DNA from: an uncultured Rhodovulum sp.
GTDB lineage: Bacteria > Pseudomonadota > Alphaproteobacteria > Rhodobacterales > Rhodobacteraceae
Assembly (NCBI GenBank): GCA_964514775.1
Contig: CAZESN010000001.1
Span: 5,224 to 69,223, forward strand
Length of the DNA: 64,000 nucleotides
Direction: 5' to 3'
The notes under the pieces were generated by a model. It saw only the letters and a program-made list of their open reading frames with translations. It was not told where the DNA came from and did not search any database. Shown piece after piece: positions 10,288 to 20,075 of the stretch. Position 1 is the first letter of the stretch, and each line of letters starts with the position of its first letter. The position numbers and the translations under genes were made by a program.

Positions 10288-10361
10288 CTCGAGTCCGCTG
10301 ATTTCGGCGCGATTCCGCGGATGTCGCACGCGCAGACTCTCCGAGAAGGAACATATCGGCT

Positions 10362-11228
10362 GTGATGATCTTCGAGCAGCTTCTGAACGGAATCGTCACC
10401 GGGTCGGTCTACGCCATCGTCGCGGTCGGAATGACCATGATATTTGGAGTGTTGAGGGCCATCAACTTCGCCCATGGCGAATACTACATGGTCGGCACCT
10501 TCGGCGGCTGGATTGTTCTGGAATGGTTGGAGGTGCCCTATCCGGTCGCGATCGTCGCGGGCGTGCTCTCCACGATCGCCGTCGCCGCGCTGATCGGCCA
10601 TTTCATCATGCGGCGCATGGTTGGCCGCTCGCCCGAGTCCGGCGTCCTCGCCACGCTGGGAATTGCGCTGGTCCTCCAGAACACGGTGATCTTCTTTCTC
10701 GGGGGGAGCTACAAGTTCTTCTCCGCCGGCTACATCGAGCCCGTGGAGGTGCTCGGGATCACGATCGCCCAGCAGCGGATCCTGATCCTCGTCGTCGTCG
10801 CGGTGGTGTTCGCGGCGCTCGAGATGATGGTGATCTACACCCGCTTCGGCAAATCGATGCGGGCGGTGTCCCAGAACATCGAATGCTGCGAGGTCGTGGG
10901 GATCGACGTCCCCCATGTCGTGTTCCGGACCTTCGTCCTCGGTGCCGGACTTGCCGGGCTGGCGGGGGTGCTGACCGGGCCGATCAACGTGACCGTATAT
11001 CCCGGCATGGGCGAGATCATCACCTACAAGACGCTTCCGATCATCGTGATGGGCGGCCTCGGCAACGTGCGCGGCACGCTGGCCGCGGCAATGATCCTCG
11101 GCGTCGCCGAGAGCTTCGTCGCAGGTTACGTCGGGCTCCAGTTCCGCGATGCCGTCGGGTTCGCCACCCTCATCCTGATCCTCATGATCCGTCCGCACGG
11201 CCTCTTCGGCTCGACCACGCGGTTCTGA
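10362..11228 (+). CDS. LivH-like ABC permease
   Basis: INFAHGE, TRFGKSMRAVSQN and GGLGN motifs. Confidence 0.92.
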   Translation: MMIFEQLLNGIVTGSVYAIVAVGMTMIFGVLRAINFAHGEYYMVGTFGGWIVLEWLEVPYPVAIVAGVLSTIAVAALIGHFIMRRMVGRSPESGVLATLGIALVLQNTVIFFLGGSYKFFSAGYIEPVEVLGITIAQQRILILVVVAVVFAALEMMVIYTRFGKSMRAVSQNIECCEVVGIDVPHVVFRTFVLGAGLAGLAGVLTGPINVTVYPGMGEIITYKTLPIIVMGGLGNVRGTLAAAMILGVAESFVAGYVGLQFRDAVGFATLILILMIRPHGLFGSTTRF

Positions 11229-11252
11229 TCATCCCTGGCCATGAGGACGCAC

Positions 11253-12254
11253 ATGCAAACCACCGTTCCCGCGCCCGCAGGTCTCTCGGACAGGAGGGTG
11301 CTCGTCATCCTCCTGGCCCTCGCCCTGCTCGCCGTGGCGCCGTTCTTCTTCGGCAACTACGCCCTTCATGCGATGATCGTCGCGATGATCTTCCTGTTCC
11401 CCGCGATCGGCCTCAACCTGATCGTCGGGTACACGGGGCTGCTCTCGCTGGCGCAGGCGGCCTTCTTCGGGATCGGGGCCTATGCCTCGGGGCTGATGGC
11501 GCTGAACTTCGGGACGCCCTACTACTTCAACGTGCCGTTCGCGGGTGTCGTCGCCGCCCTGATCGCCGCGCCGCTCGGGGTGCCGGCCCTGCGCCTCAGG
11601 ACCACGTCCTTCGTGATGTGCACGCTCGGCTTCGTGATCATCAGCCAGGCCGTGGCCAAGAACTGGGTCTCGCTGACGCGCGGTGACATGGGGCTGGCGA
11701 ATGTCCCCAGCCCCAGCTTCCCGCTCGGGCCGCTGTCCTTCAGCGTGACGACGATCACCGGCCATTACTATCTCGTACTGACCATCGCCGTTCTCATGGT
11801 CGCCCTGCTCTATGGCATCGTGCGTTCGGCGGCCGGGCGGAACATGGTCGCGATCCGCGAGAACGAGACGCTGGCGGAATCGATGGGCATTCCGACCTGG
11901 CGTGTGAAGCTGTCGGTGTTCGTCCTGTCGGCGTTCTTCGCGGGGATCGGGGGCAGCGTCTATGTCCACTACCTGACGATCGTCAGCCCGCTGACCTTCC
12001 AGACCCATTACACGACGACGATGCTGATCATCGTGCTCGGCGGCGGGCCGGGCACCATCACCGGCGCGGTGCTGGGAAGCTTCCTCTTCGTCGGGCTCTC
12101 CGAGGCTTTGCGCATCGCGCCGGCGGTCCGGATGATCCTCTACGGCCTTTGCCTGCTCGTGCTGGTCTTCTGGTTCCCCAAGGGGTTTGCCCCGCTGATC
12201 GAGCGGTTCTGGGCGGCACTCGCGCCCCGGTCCAAGCCGTCGGGAAAGGACTGA
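11253..12254 (+). CDS. LivM-like ABC permease
   Basis: GYTGLLSLAQAAFFGIGAY and GRNMVAIRENE motifs; GAGGA before ATG 11253. Confidence 0.9.
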   Translation: MQTTVPAPAGLSDRRVLVILLALALLAVAPFFFGNYALHAMIVAMIFLFPAIGLNLIVGYTGLLSLAQAAFFGIGAYASGLMALNFGTPYYFNVPFAGVVAALIAAPLGVPALRLRTTSFVMCTLGFVIISQAVAKNWVSLTRGDMGLANVPSPSFPLGPLSFSVTTITGHYYLVLTIAVLMVALLYGIVRSAAGRNMVAIRENETLAESMGIPTWRVKLSVFVLSAFFAGIGGSVYVHYLTIVSPLTFQTHYTTTMLIIVLGGGPGTITGAVLGSFLFVGLSEALRIAPAVRMILYGLCLLVLVFWFPKGFAPLIERFWAALAPRSKPSGKD

Positions 12255-12257
12255 ACG

Positions 12258-13037
12258 ATGGCCGTGCACCACCCCACGCCCGTCCTCGAGGTGCGCGGCC
12301 TGACCAAGGCCTACGGCTCGGTCATCGCCGTCGACGACCTCAGCATGCATGTCTCGCACGGCGAGATATGCGGGGTCATCGGCCCGAACGGATCGGGCAA
12401 GTCGACGTTCTTCGACTGCTGCACCGGTCTCAGCCGGCGGAATTCCGGCAAGGTCCTGCTCGAGGGGCGCGACATCTCGGACTGGTCGCTGAACCGGATC
12501 GCCCGCGAGGGCAGGCTGCTGCGCAGCTTCCAGAAGACGGTGGTGTTCAAGTCGGTGAATGCCGAGGAGAACCTGGTGATCGCCGGGCAGATGTTCTCCT
12601 TCCCCTCGCTGGCCTCGACCTATTCCTTCGGGGCTCGGGCGCGCGAACGGGTCGCGGACCTGAGGCGGCGGGCACGCGAGCTGGTCGAGATCGTCGGCCT
12701 CTCGGCGGTGGCCGACCAGCCGGCGGGCAATCTTTCGGGCGGGCAGCAGAAGCTCATCCAGTTCGCCTCGATGCTGATGCCCCAGCCCAAGCTCATCCTC
12801 CTCGACGAGCCTATGGCCGGCATCAACCCCAAGCTGATCGAGCGGGTGATGGAGAACATCCTCTACGCCAATCGGGAGCTCGGCATCTCCTTCCTCATCA
12901 TCGAGCACAACATCGACGTGATCACCAGTCTCTGCCAGCGTGTGGTCGTGCTCGATCAGGGCGCCAAGCTTGCCGAGGGGACGCCGGAGGAGATCGTCAG
13001 CGACAAGCGCGTGCGGGAGGCCTATCTTGGCGGATGA
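12258..13037 (+). CDS. LivG-like ABC ATPase
   Basis: GPNGSGKST, LSGGQQ and LLDEP motifs; C-terminal VREAYLG. Confidence 0.92.
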   Translation: MAVHHPTPVLEVRGLTKAYGSVIAVDDLSMHVSHGEICGVIGPNGSGKSTFFDCCTGLSRRNSGKVLLEGRDISDWSLNRIAREGRLLRSFQKTVVFKSVNAEENLVIAGQMFSFPSLASTYSFGARARERVADLRRRARELVEIVGLSAVADQPAGNLSGGQQKLIQFASMLMPQPKLILLDEPMAGINPKLIERVMENILYANRELGISFLIIEHNIDVITSLCQRVVVLDQGAKLAEGTPEEIVSDKRVREAYLGG

Positions 13038-13038
13038 C

Positions 13039-13770
13039 ATGGAGCTGATCCTCGAGGATGTGCATGCGGGCTACGGCAACCTCGACATCCTCAACGGCGT
13101 GACCCTCAGCGTCGGCGCCGGCGAGTTCGTCGCGCTGATGGGGCCGAACGGCGCGGGCAAGTCGACGCTCCTGAAGACCATTTTCGGCATGACCACGATC
13201 AAGAACGGCTCGATCCGCTGGCGCGGCCAGGAGATCGCGGGGCTGAAGCCGCGGGCGGTACTCGGCCGGGGGATCAGCTATGTCCCGCAGGGGCGCTGCA
13301 ACTTCCCCCAGATGTCGGTCGAGGAGAACCTCGACATGGCCGCCTACACGATCCCGGGCGGCAGCACCGCAGAGGAACGGGACCGGGTCTTCGATCTCTT
13401 CCCCGTGCTGAAGAAACGCCGTACCACCATGGCCGGCAACATGTCGGGCGGCGAGCAGCAGCTTCTGGAAATGGCGATGGCGCTCCTTCAACGGCCGCAG
13501 GGGCTTCTGGTCGACGAGCCCTCGGTCGGCCTGTCGCCGGCCGCGATCGGCCTCGTCTTCGACGAGCTCAGCCGCATCCATGAAAGCGGACTCACCATCC
13601 TTCTGGTCGAGCAGAACACCAAGAAGGCAATGGAATTCGCCAAGCGCGCGGTCGTCCTACGCCTCGGCCAGGTCATCTGGGACAGCCCGCCCTCGGAGGT
13701 GAGCCACGAGGACCTGGGCGAGCTCTTCATGACCGGGAACGCCTCGGCCCTGTCGCACAAGCGGCACTAA
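13039..13770 (+). CDS. LivF-like ABC ATPase
   Basis: GPNGAGKST, MSGGEQQ, DEPSVGLSP and LVEQN motifs. Confidence 0.92.
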   Translation: MELILEDVHAGYGNLDILNGVTLSVGAGEFVALMGPNGAGKSTLLKTIFGMTTIKNGSIRWRGQEIAGLKPRAVLGRGISYVPQGRCNFPQMSVEENLDMAAYTIPGGSTAEERDRVFDLFPVLKKRRTTMAGNMSGGEQQLLEMAMALLQRPQGLLVDEPSVGLSPAAIGLVFDELSRIHESGLTILLVEQNTKKAMEFAKRAVVLRLGQVIWDSPPSEVSHEDLGELFMTGNASALSHKRH

Positions 13771-13812
13771 CCCTCGACAGCGTCCGGTGCGCCGCACCGG
13801 CAGGAGTAGTCC

Positions 13813-15024
13813 ATGACGACGTTTGTTCCCGCCGCGCGCGTGCAGCGGATCAAGGTCTCGCCAAGCGCCGCCGCGGCGGCGCTGACGCGCGAGCTCAAGG
13901 CGGCCGGGCGCGACATCATCGACCTGACCATCGGCGAGCCTGACTTCGATACGCCGGCTCCGATCCGGGCGGCGGCGATTGCCGCGATCGAGGCGGGCGA
14001 TACCCGCTATACGTCGGTGAACGGCACTCCAGAACTGCGGCGCGCGATCATTGCCGACTATGCCCGCCGCCACGGCCTTAGCTACGGCGACGACGAGATC
14101 TGCGTGGGAGGCGGCGCGAAGCAGATCCTGTTCCTCGCGCTCATGGCCTCGCTCGATGCCGGGGACGAGGTGATCGTGCCGGCGCCCTACTGGGTGAGCT
14201 ATCCCGACATGGCCCTCGCCAACGACGGCGTGCCGGTGATCGTCGCCTGCGACGAGGCCGACGGGTTCCTTCTCAGCCCCGAGAGGCTCGAGGCGGCGAT
14301 CACGCCGCTCACGAAATGGCTGGTCCTGAACGCGCCGGGCAATCCGACGGGATTGGCCTATACGCCCGAGGCGCTTGCCGCTCTGGGCGCCGTCCTCCTG
14401 CGCCACCCTCAGGTCATGATCCTCTGCGACGAGATCTATGATCAGGTCTGGTATGCGGACCGGACGGTGCGCAGCATCGTCTCGGCGGTGCCGGATCTGA
14501 AGGCCCGCGCACTCGTGGTCAACGGCGTCTCCAAGGCCTATGCGATGACCGGCTGGCGGATCGGCTACGGCGCGGGGCCGGCACCGCTGATATCGGCGAT
14601 CAACAAGCTCCAGTCGCAGTCGTCGACCTGCCCCTCTTCGATCAGCCAGGCCGCGGCGGCCTTCGCGCTCTCGTCGCCCGACCAGTCCTTTGTCGGCAGC
14701 AGTGCCGCGGTCTACAGGGAGCGGCGCGACTATACCGCCGCCCGCATCGCGGCCATCCCCGGGTTGAGCTGTACGGTGCCGGACGGCGCCTTCTATCTCT
14801 TTCCGAACTGTGCGGGCGTCCTCGGCAAGGCCTCGCCGGACGGGACCAGGATTGACAGCGATCTCGCCTTCGTCCTCTATCTCCTCAACCATGTCGGGGT
14901 CTCGACGATCCATGGCAGTGCCTATGGCATGTCGCCGTTCTTCAGGCTCTCGATCGCGACCTCGATGGAAACCCTGCGCGAAGGCTGCGACCGTATCGAG
15001 GCCGCCTGCAGAGACCTGGCATAG
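13813..15024 (+). CDS. class I PLP-dependent aminotransferase (AspC/AatA-like)
   Basis: IGEPDFDTP, NAPGNPTG, DEIY and SKAYAMTGWRIG motifs. Confidence 0.93.
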   Translation: MTTFVPAARVQRIKVSPSAAAAALTRELKAAGRDIIDLTIGEPDFDTPAPIRAAAIAAIEAGDTRYTSVNGTPELRRAIIADYARRHGLSYGDDEICVGGGAKQILFLALMASLDAGDEVIVPAPYWVSYPDMALANDGVPVIVACDEADGFLLSPERLEAAITPLTKWLVLNAPGNPTGLAYTPEALAALGAVLLRHPQVMILCDEIYDQVWYADRTVRSIVSAVPDLKARALVVNGVSKAYAMTGWRIGYGAGPAPLISAINKLQSQSSTCPSSISQAAAAFALSSPDQSFVGSSAAVYRERRDYTAARIAAIPGLSCTVPDGAFYLFPNCAGVLGKASPDGTRIDSDLAFVLYLLNHVGVSTIHGSAYGMSPFFRLSIATSMETLREGCDRIEAACRDLA

Positions 15025-15053
15025 CTTCGATGGGGGCCCGCGCCGCGGGGACC

Positions 15054-15989
15054 ATGAGCATAGAGTTCCGCAAGCTGCAGAATTTCGTCAAGGTCATCGA
15101 CACCGGGAGCATCTCCCGCGCCTCAAGCGTCATGCGCATCGCGCAGCCGGCCCTAAGCCAGCAGATCGCGGCGCTTGAAGCGCATTTCCGCCAGAAGCTG
15201 CTGATCCGCTCGAACCGCGGGATCGTGCCGACCGAGGCCGGCCTTCTACTCTACCGCCATGCCCAGACGATCCTGAAGCAGGTCGACCAGGCCCAGTCAG
15301 ACATGGCGAAGTCGGCGTCGGCGCTGAGCGGGCGGGTCTCGATCGGGCTCGGCACCTATTGCGCGCTGCCCACGCTGGCGCTTCCGCTTCTGGCGACGAT
15401 GCTGAGCCGGCATCCGGGCATCACCGTGCATATCACCGACAGCTTCGGCTATATCATCAGCGAAGCGATCATGACCGGCCGCATGGAAATCGCCGTGATC
15501 TGCGGTGCGGGGCCGATCAAGGGCGTGCAGCTCACGCCCCTGTTCCTGGAAGAGCTCTTCCTCGTCCTTCCCCCGAACATGACCGATCATTTTCCACCGG
15601 GCGTGGCCGTCCCGCTGCGGTCGCTGACCGGCCTCCGGATGCTCCTGCCGAGCAAGATCAACTACATCCGCACGGCGGTCAATCAGGCCTTCATCCGGGC
15701 GCGGGTGGAGCCTGATCTGGTCGCGGAGATCGAATCGACGACGATCCTGGGGGATGCGGTGGCGAGCGGGATGGGGGCGGCGATCCTGCCGCTGTCGATC
15801 GTCACCCAGATCGGGATCAGCAAGGACCAGATCAGGCCATTGACGCATCCCCAGATAGAGATCCCGATCTCGATCTGCGTCTCGGACCATCTGCCGCTTT
15901 CAGAGCCCGTGAGCGCGGTCCGCGAGGTTCTGCTGGAAGTGATCGGTGACTTCGTCCTCTCCGGCTCGCCGGGGGTGCGAAAGGCCTAA
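15054..15989 (+). CDS. LysR regulator, Nac-like
   Basis: FVKVIDTGSISRASSVMRIAQPALSQQIAALE HTH; PTEAG..LYRHAQ.IL.Q and PLSEP segments typical of Nac-like LTTRs. Confidence 0.9.
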   Translation: MSIEFRKLQNFVKVIDTGSISRASSVMRIAQPALSQQIAALEAHFRQKLLIRSNRGIVPTEAGLLLYRHAQTILKQVDQAQSDMAKSASALSGRVSIGLGTYCALPTLALPLLATMLSRHPGITVHITDSFGYIISEAIMTGRMEIAVICGAGPIKGVQLTPLFLEELFLVLPPNMTDHFPPGVAVPLRSLTGLRMLLPSKINYIRTAVNQAFIRARVEPDLVAEIESTTILGDAVASGMGAAILPLSIVTQIGISKDQIRPLTHPQIEIPISICVSDHLPLSEPVSAVREVLLEVIGDFVLSGSPGVRKA

Positions 15990-16024
15990 GGCCGTCCTTG
16001 TCAGGGTTTCCGGTTCGGAGCGGA

Positions 16025-16059
16025 GCCTGGTCCGTTCCGTAGTGCGGAGCGGACCAGGC
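16025..16059. terminator. long hairpin between convergent genes
   Basis: GCCTGGTCCGTTCCG-TAGTG-CGGAGCGGACCAGGC. Confidence 0.6.
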
Positions 16060-16068
16060 GTTCGAGGC

Positions 16069-17289
16069 TCAGTTCATTTCGGCGCAGAAGTCCTTGATCC
16101 GGCCGCAGGCCTCGCGAAGCGAGTCGATGTCGGTGGCGTAGGACAGCCGGAAGTAAGGGCTCATGCCGTAGGCGCCGCCATGGACGGTCGCGACGTGCTT
16201 CTCGGCGAGGAGTGCGGTCACGAAGTCCGCGTCGGTCTCGATACGCGTGCCTCCGGCGGTGGTGCGCCCCAGCACGCCGGCGATGTTGGCATAGACGTAG
16301 AACGCGCCGGAGGGGCGGTGGCACGCGATGCCGCGGGCGTCGGAGAGGAGCTGCAGCACGTTGTCGCGACGCATGCGGTAGATGTCCGCCTGCTCCTGCA
16401 ACAGCTCCTGCGGGCCGTCGAGGGCCGCCACGGCCGCGGCCTGGGCCACGGTGCAGATACCGCCCGTCGCCTGAAGCTGGATCACGTTCATGGCCGCGAT
16501 CAGCTCGCGCGGGCCACCGGCATAGCCGACGCGCCAGCCGGTCATCGCATAGGCCTTGGAGACGCCGTTCACCGTCAGCGTCCTGTCCTTCAGCTGTGGC
16601 TCGACCTGGGCGATGGTGAAGAAGGGCGTGCCGTCGTAGCGCAGGTGCTCGTAGATATCGTCGGTCAGCACCCAGACATGGGGATGGCGCAGCAGCACGT
16701 CGGCGATGGCGCGGAGCTGGTCCTCGCTGCCGGTGGTGCCGCTGGGGTTGTTGGGGAAGTTCAGCATAAGCCAGCGGGTGCGCGGCGTGATCGCGGCTTC
16801 CAGGTCCTCGGGGGACAGGAGAAAGCCGTTCTCAGGCCTGCACTGCACCGGCACCGGCGTGGCCTCTGCCAGGGCGACGATGTCGGCATAGGTGATCCAG
16901 CCCGGCATCGGGATGATCACCTCATCGCCCGGATTGCAGCTGCCCATGATCGCATCGAAGATGAGCTGCTTGGCACCGTTGCCGGTCAGGATCTCGTTGA
17001 GAGCGTAGTCGAGCCCGTTCTCCCGGGCGAACTTGCGCTGGATCGCCTCGAGCAGGGCACGAGAGCCGGTCTGGGGCGGGTACTTGGTGTCGCCGGCCAG
17101 TGCGGCGCGATGCGCCGCCTCGATCGCATGGGGGGGCGTCGGGAAATCGGGCTCGCCGGACGAGAGAGAAATCACCCTGATCCCTTTGGAGCGGAGTTCG
17201 CGCGCCTTGTCGGTCATGGCGGCCGAGGCGGAGATCGCAATCTTGCCGATCCGCGCGGCGGGCTGGAACTTGGAAGACAGTGTCTGCAT
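16069..17289 (-). CDS. class I PLP-dependent aminotransferase (paralog of 13813..15024)
   Basis: SGEPDFPTP, NFPNNPSG, DDIY and SKAYAMTGWRVG motifs; start at ATG 17289. Confidence 0.92.
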   Translation of the reverse strand: MQTLSSKFQPAARIGKIAISASAAMTDKARELRSKGIRVISLSSGEPDFPTPPHAIEAAHRAALAGDTKYPPQTGSRALLEAIQRKFARENGLDYALNEILTGNGAKQLIFDAIMGSCNPGDEVIIPMPGWITYADIVALAEATPVPVQCRPENGFLLSPEDLEAAITPRTRWLMLNFPNNPSGTTGSEDQLRAIADVLLRHPHVWVLTDDIYEHLRYDGTPFFTIAQVEPQLKDRTLTVNGVSKAYAMTGWRVGYAGGPRELIAAMNVIQLQATGGICTVAQAAAVAALDGPQELLQEQADIYRMRRDNVLQLLSDARGIACHRPSGAFYVYANIAGVLGRTTAGGTRIETDADFVTALLAEKHVATVHGGAYGMSPYFRLSYATDIDSLREACGRIKDFCAEMN

Positions 17290-17513
17290 CGGACGCCTCA
17301 TAAACCCTCTGACGACAGCTACGCGTGCATTCCATGCACCGTGTAGAGCCCTTTCGGATGTGGCGTCATAGAAAGTCTGCATGGAGGTCCGCAAGGGGGC
17401 TGATTGCCTCTCATCGGCACGGCATATGACCGTAGACGCACAAGCGCTTGGACGTGCTCGCCGCTGCGAACCTAGAGTGACACGATCCGGCTGAAGGAAA
17501 TCAGAGAGCCCCC

Positions 17514-18221
17514 TTGGATCAGGCCTTCGAGAGTATCGACCCGCAGCTGCGAGGCTGGCCAGGTCAGGGGGAGCTGCGGTTCAGCCATATCGGCACCGGT
17601 GCCCTGCTCGTCGAAGCCGCGGGACCGATGTCGATCGAGCTGCAGCGGCGCATCCTCGCCTTTGCCGATGCCGTGGCTGGCTGGCCCGAGTTCGAGGAGA
17701 CCGTGCCGGGTGTCACCAACCTCATGCTGGTCTTCGGGCCGGGGCGGCCAGAAGACGTCGGCGACCTGATCCGGCGGCTGGGCGATGCCTGGCAGGGCAG
17801 TACGCCGAAGTGCATTCCATCGCGGGTGCTTGAGGTGCCGACGATCTACGGCGGGGAATTCGCGACCGATCTCGCCAAGGTGGCCGAGCACGCGGGCATG
17901 AGCCCGGCGGAGGTCATCGAGATCCATGCCGCCGGCCAGTACACGGTGATCGCGGTCGCGAGCTCGCCGGGGTTCGGCTATCTGCACGGGCTCGACCTGC
18001 GCATCGCCTGTCCGCGCAAGAAGGTGCCGGACGTTCGGATGCCGAAGGGCGTGGTGACGATCGGCGGGATGCTGACGGGTGTCGCCGTCTCGACCGGGCC
18101 GAACGGCTGGAACGCCATAGGGTATTCCGACATCACGCTTTTCGACCCCGCAGCCCCGGAGCCGGTGCGCCTGCGGCCGGGTGACCGGGTGCGCTTCGTG
18201 CCGGAGGAAATCCGGCTGTGA
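17514..18221 (+). CDS. pxpB: 5-oxoprolinase subunit B family (AHS1/KipI/CT C-D domain)
   Basis: VPGVTNLML, IYGGE..DL..VA, PGFGYL.GLD and GPNGWNAIG..LFDP..LRPGDRVRF motifs; TTG start uncertain. Confidence 0.88.
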   Translation: MDQAFESIDPQLRGWPGQGELRFSHIGTGALLVEAAGPMSIELQRRILAFADAVAGWPEFEETVPGVTNLMLVFGPGRPEDVGDLIRRLGDAWQGSTPKCIPSRVLEVPTIYGGEFATDLAKVAEHAGMSPAEVIEIHAAGQYTVIAVASSPGFGYLHGLDLRIACPRKKVPDVRMPKGVVTIGGMLTGVAVSTGPNGWNAIGYSDITLFDPAAPEPVRLRPGDRVRFVPEEIRL

Positions 18222-19243
18222 TCGAGGTCATTTCGAGCGTCGCGCTGAACACGGTCCAGGACCTCGGCCGCCGGGGCCTGCTGCATGTCGGGATCGGAAC
18301 CGCCGGGGCGATGGACGGTCCGGCGATGCGGGTGGCGAACCTGCTCGTCGGCAACGACGAGGGTGCGGCCGTGATCGAGGTCCAGACCTTCCCGTTCGAG
18401 CTGAGGTTCATAGCGGCTACCCGTGTGGCGGTCACCGGGGCTTGGTCGGCAAAGGCCCGTCTGGGCGGCCGGCCCCTGCTGCCGTGGTGGGGGAGGCAGG
18501 TCGAGGCGGGAGAGGTGCTGACCCTCGCCCAGCCCGACACGGGCGCTCGCTGCTACGTTGCCGTCGCAGGGGGGATCGATGTGCCGGAGGTGCTCGGCTC
18601 GCGCAGCACGCACCTGCGCAACGGCTTCGGAGGCTTTCACGGGCGCCATCTCGCCCCCGGCGACAGGATAGCGATCGGCGATCCGCGAGGCCTGCCGCCG
18701 GGCGTGCATGAGCTCGGGGTGATCCCACCCAGCGCCGCGCTCGCTTCGGCGGAGGCCGGCGATGTGCTGGTGGTCCGGGCCATCCCCGGCGCCGACTACG
18801 GTGCGTTTCCGGATGCGGCGCGGGACGCGCTGTGGGGCACGGACTGGACGATCACCACGCAGAGCGACCGCGCCGGCTATCGGCTGCGCGGCGACCGGCC
18901 GCTTCTGCTTTCCCGGCCAATGGAGCTGCGGTCCTATGGCGTGGTCGCGGGGATCATCCAGGTGCCGCCCTCCGGCCAGCCGATCATCCAGCTCGCCGAC
19001 GCCAACACCGCCGGGGGCTATCCGAGGATCGCCGGGGTGATCGAGGCCGATCTCTGGCGGCTCGCCCAGGCCCCGCTCGGCAGCCGCATCCGTCTCGTCG
19101 AGACCGATTACCGCAGCGGCGTGGCCGCGATGAAGCCGGTGTCCGACTATCTCCGCGACACCCGCAGCGCGCTGCGCAATGTCCTCGGCACGATGTCCCG
19201 CTTCGGTGCGGGCCGGCCGAATTCCAGCAGGAGCACGACGTGA
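18218..19243 (+). CDS. pxpC: 5-oxoprolinase subunit C family (AHS2/KipA/CT A-B domain)
   Basis: TVQDLGR, GAMD, GGIDVPEVLGSRST, SDRAGYRL and IQVPPSGQPII..D.NTAGGYP motifs. Confidence 0.9.
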   Translation: MIEVISSVALNTVQDLGRRGLLHVGIGTAGAMDGPAMRVANLLVGNDEGAAVIEVQTFPFELRFIAATRVAVTGAWSAKARLGGRPLLPWWGRQVEAGEVLTLAQPDTGARCYVAVAGGIDVPEVLGSRSTHLRNGFGGFHGRHLAPGDRIAIGDPRGLPPGVHELGVIPPSAALASAEAGDVLVVRAIPGADYGAFPDAARDALWGTDWTITTQSDRAGYRLRGDRPLLLSRPMELRSYGVVAGIIQVPPSGQPIIQLADANTAGGYPRIAGVIEADLWRLAQAPLGSRIRLVETDYRSGVAAMKPVSDYLRDTRSALRNVLGTMSRFGAGRPNSSRSTT

Positions 19244-20007
19244 AGATCGACATCAATTCCGACATGGGGGAAGGGTTCGGCCGCTACCGGGTCGCCGACG
19301 ACGACGCGCTGATGGAGGTGATCAGCTCCGCCAACGTCGCCTGCGGCTTTCATGCGGGCGACCCGGTGATCATGGCGCATACGGTCGCGGCGGCGAAGAG
19401 GCGCGGGCTGGGTCTCGGCGCGCATCCGGGCCTTTCCGATCTCATGGGGTTCGGGCGCCGGAACATGGCGCTCAGCCCCGGCGAGATGGAGAGCCTGCTG
19501 ATCTATCAGCTCGGCGCCCTCAAGGGCTTTGCGGCGGCCCAGAACTATCCGGTCACGCATATCAGCTATCACGCCGCCTTCGGGAACATGGCGACGGCGG
19601 ACCGCGATCTGGCGGACGTCCTGAGCCGGGCGATCAGGGCCGTGGATCCCGACCTCGTCGTCTATTCGATGCCGGATACCGAGGTGGAGCATTCGGCCCG
19701 GGCCGCCGGCCTGCGCACCATGCAGGTCTTTCTCGCGGACAGAGCCTATCGGGCGGACGGCTCGCTCGTGCCCCGTGGCCAGCCGGGCGCCGTCGTGACC
19801 TCGGACGAGGACGTGGCCGCGCGGGTGCGCCGCTTCGTCGAAAGCGGCGAGGTCGTCACCATCGGCGGCGAGGTGATCGCCATGCGCGGGCGCTCGATCC
19901 TCGTTCACAGCGACACGCCCGGCTCGGTCGAGCTGGCCGGCACGGTGCGCCGGACCGTGGAGGCCCTGGGGGCGACCGTTGCACCCGGACATACGTTTGC
20001 GGAATAG
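19240..20007 (+). CDS. pxpA: 5-oxoprolinase subunit A family (LamB/YcsF)
   Basis: IDINSDMGEGFG, ANVACGFHAGDP, GAHP..GFGRR, ADRAY and VHSDTPG motifs; GTGA overlap. Confidence 0.92.
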   Translation: MKIDINSDMGEGFGRYRVADDDALMEVISSANVACGFHAGDPVIMAHTVAAAKRRGLGLGAHPGLSDLMGFGRRNMALSPGEMESLLIYQLGALKGFAAAQNYPVTHISYHAAFGNMATADRDLADVLSRAIRAVDPDLVVYSMPDTEVEHSARAAGLRTMQVFLADRAYRADGSLVPRGQPGAVVTSDEDVAARVRRFVESGEVVTIGGEVIAMRGRSILVHSDTPGSVELAGTVRRTVEALGATVAPGHTFAE

Positions 20008-20075
20008 CCTGCGCGCAGGGCTTTCGACCCAGGGGACACGATGCTAGCATCATGTCCCTAGCGTGGACGTTGCCG

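Noticed and set aside
14521-16569. Perfect 38-bp inverted repeat (14521-14558 and 16532-16569) flanking the LysR, suggesting an invertible segment
   Set aside because: Both copies encode NGVSKAYAMTGWR, the PLP-lysine motif of two convergent paralogs. Codon bias explains the identity, and no recombinase is nearby.
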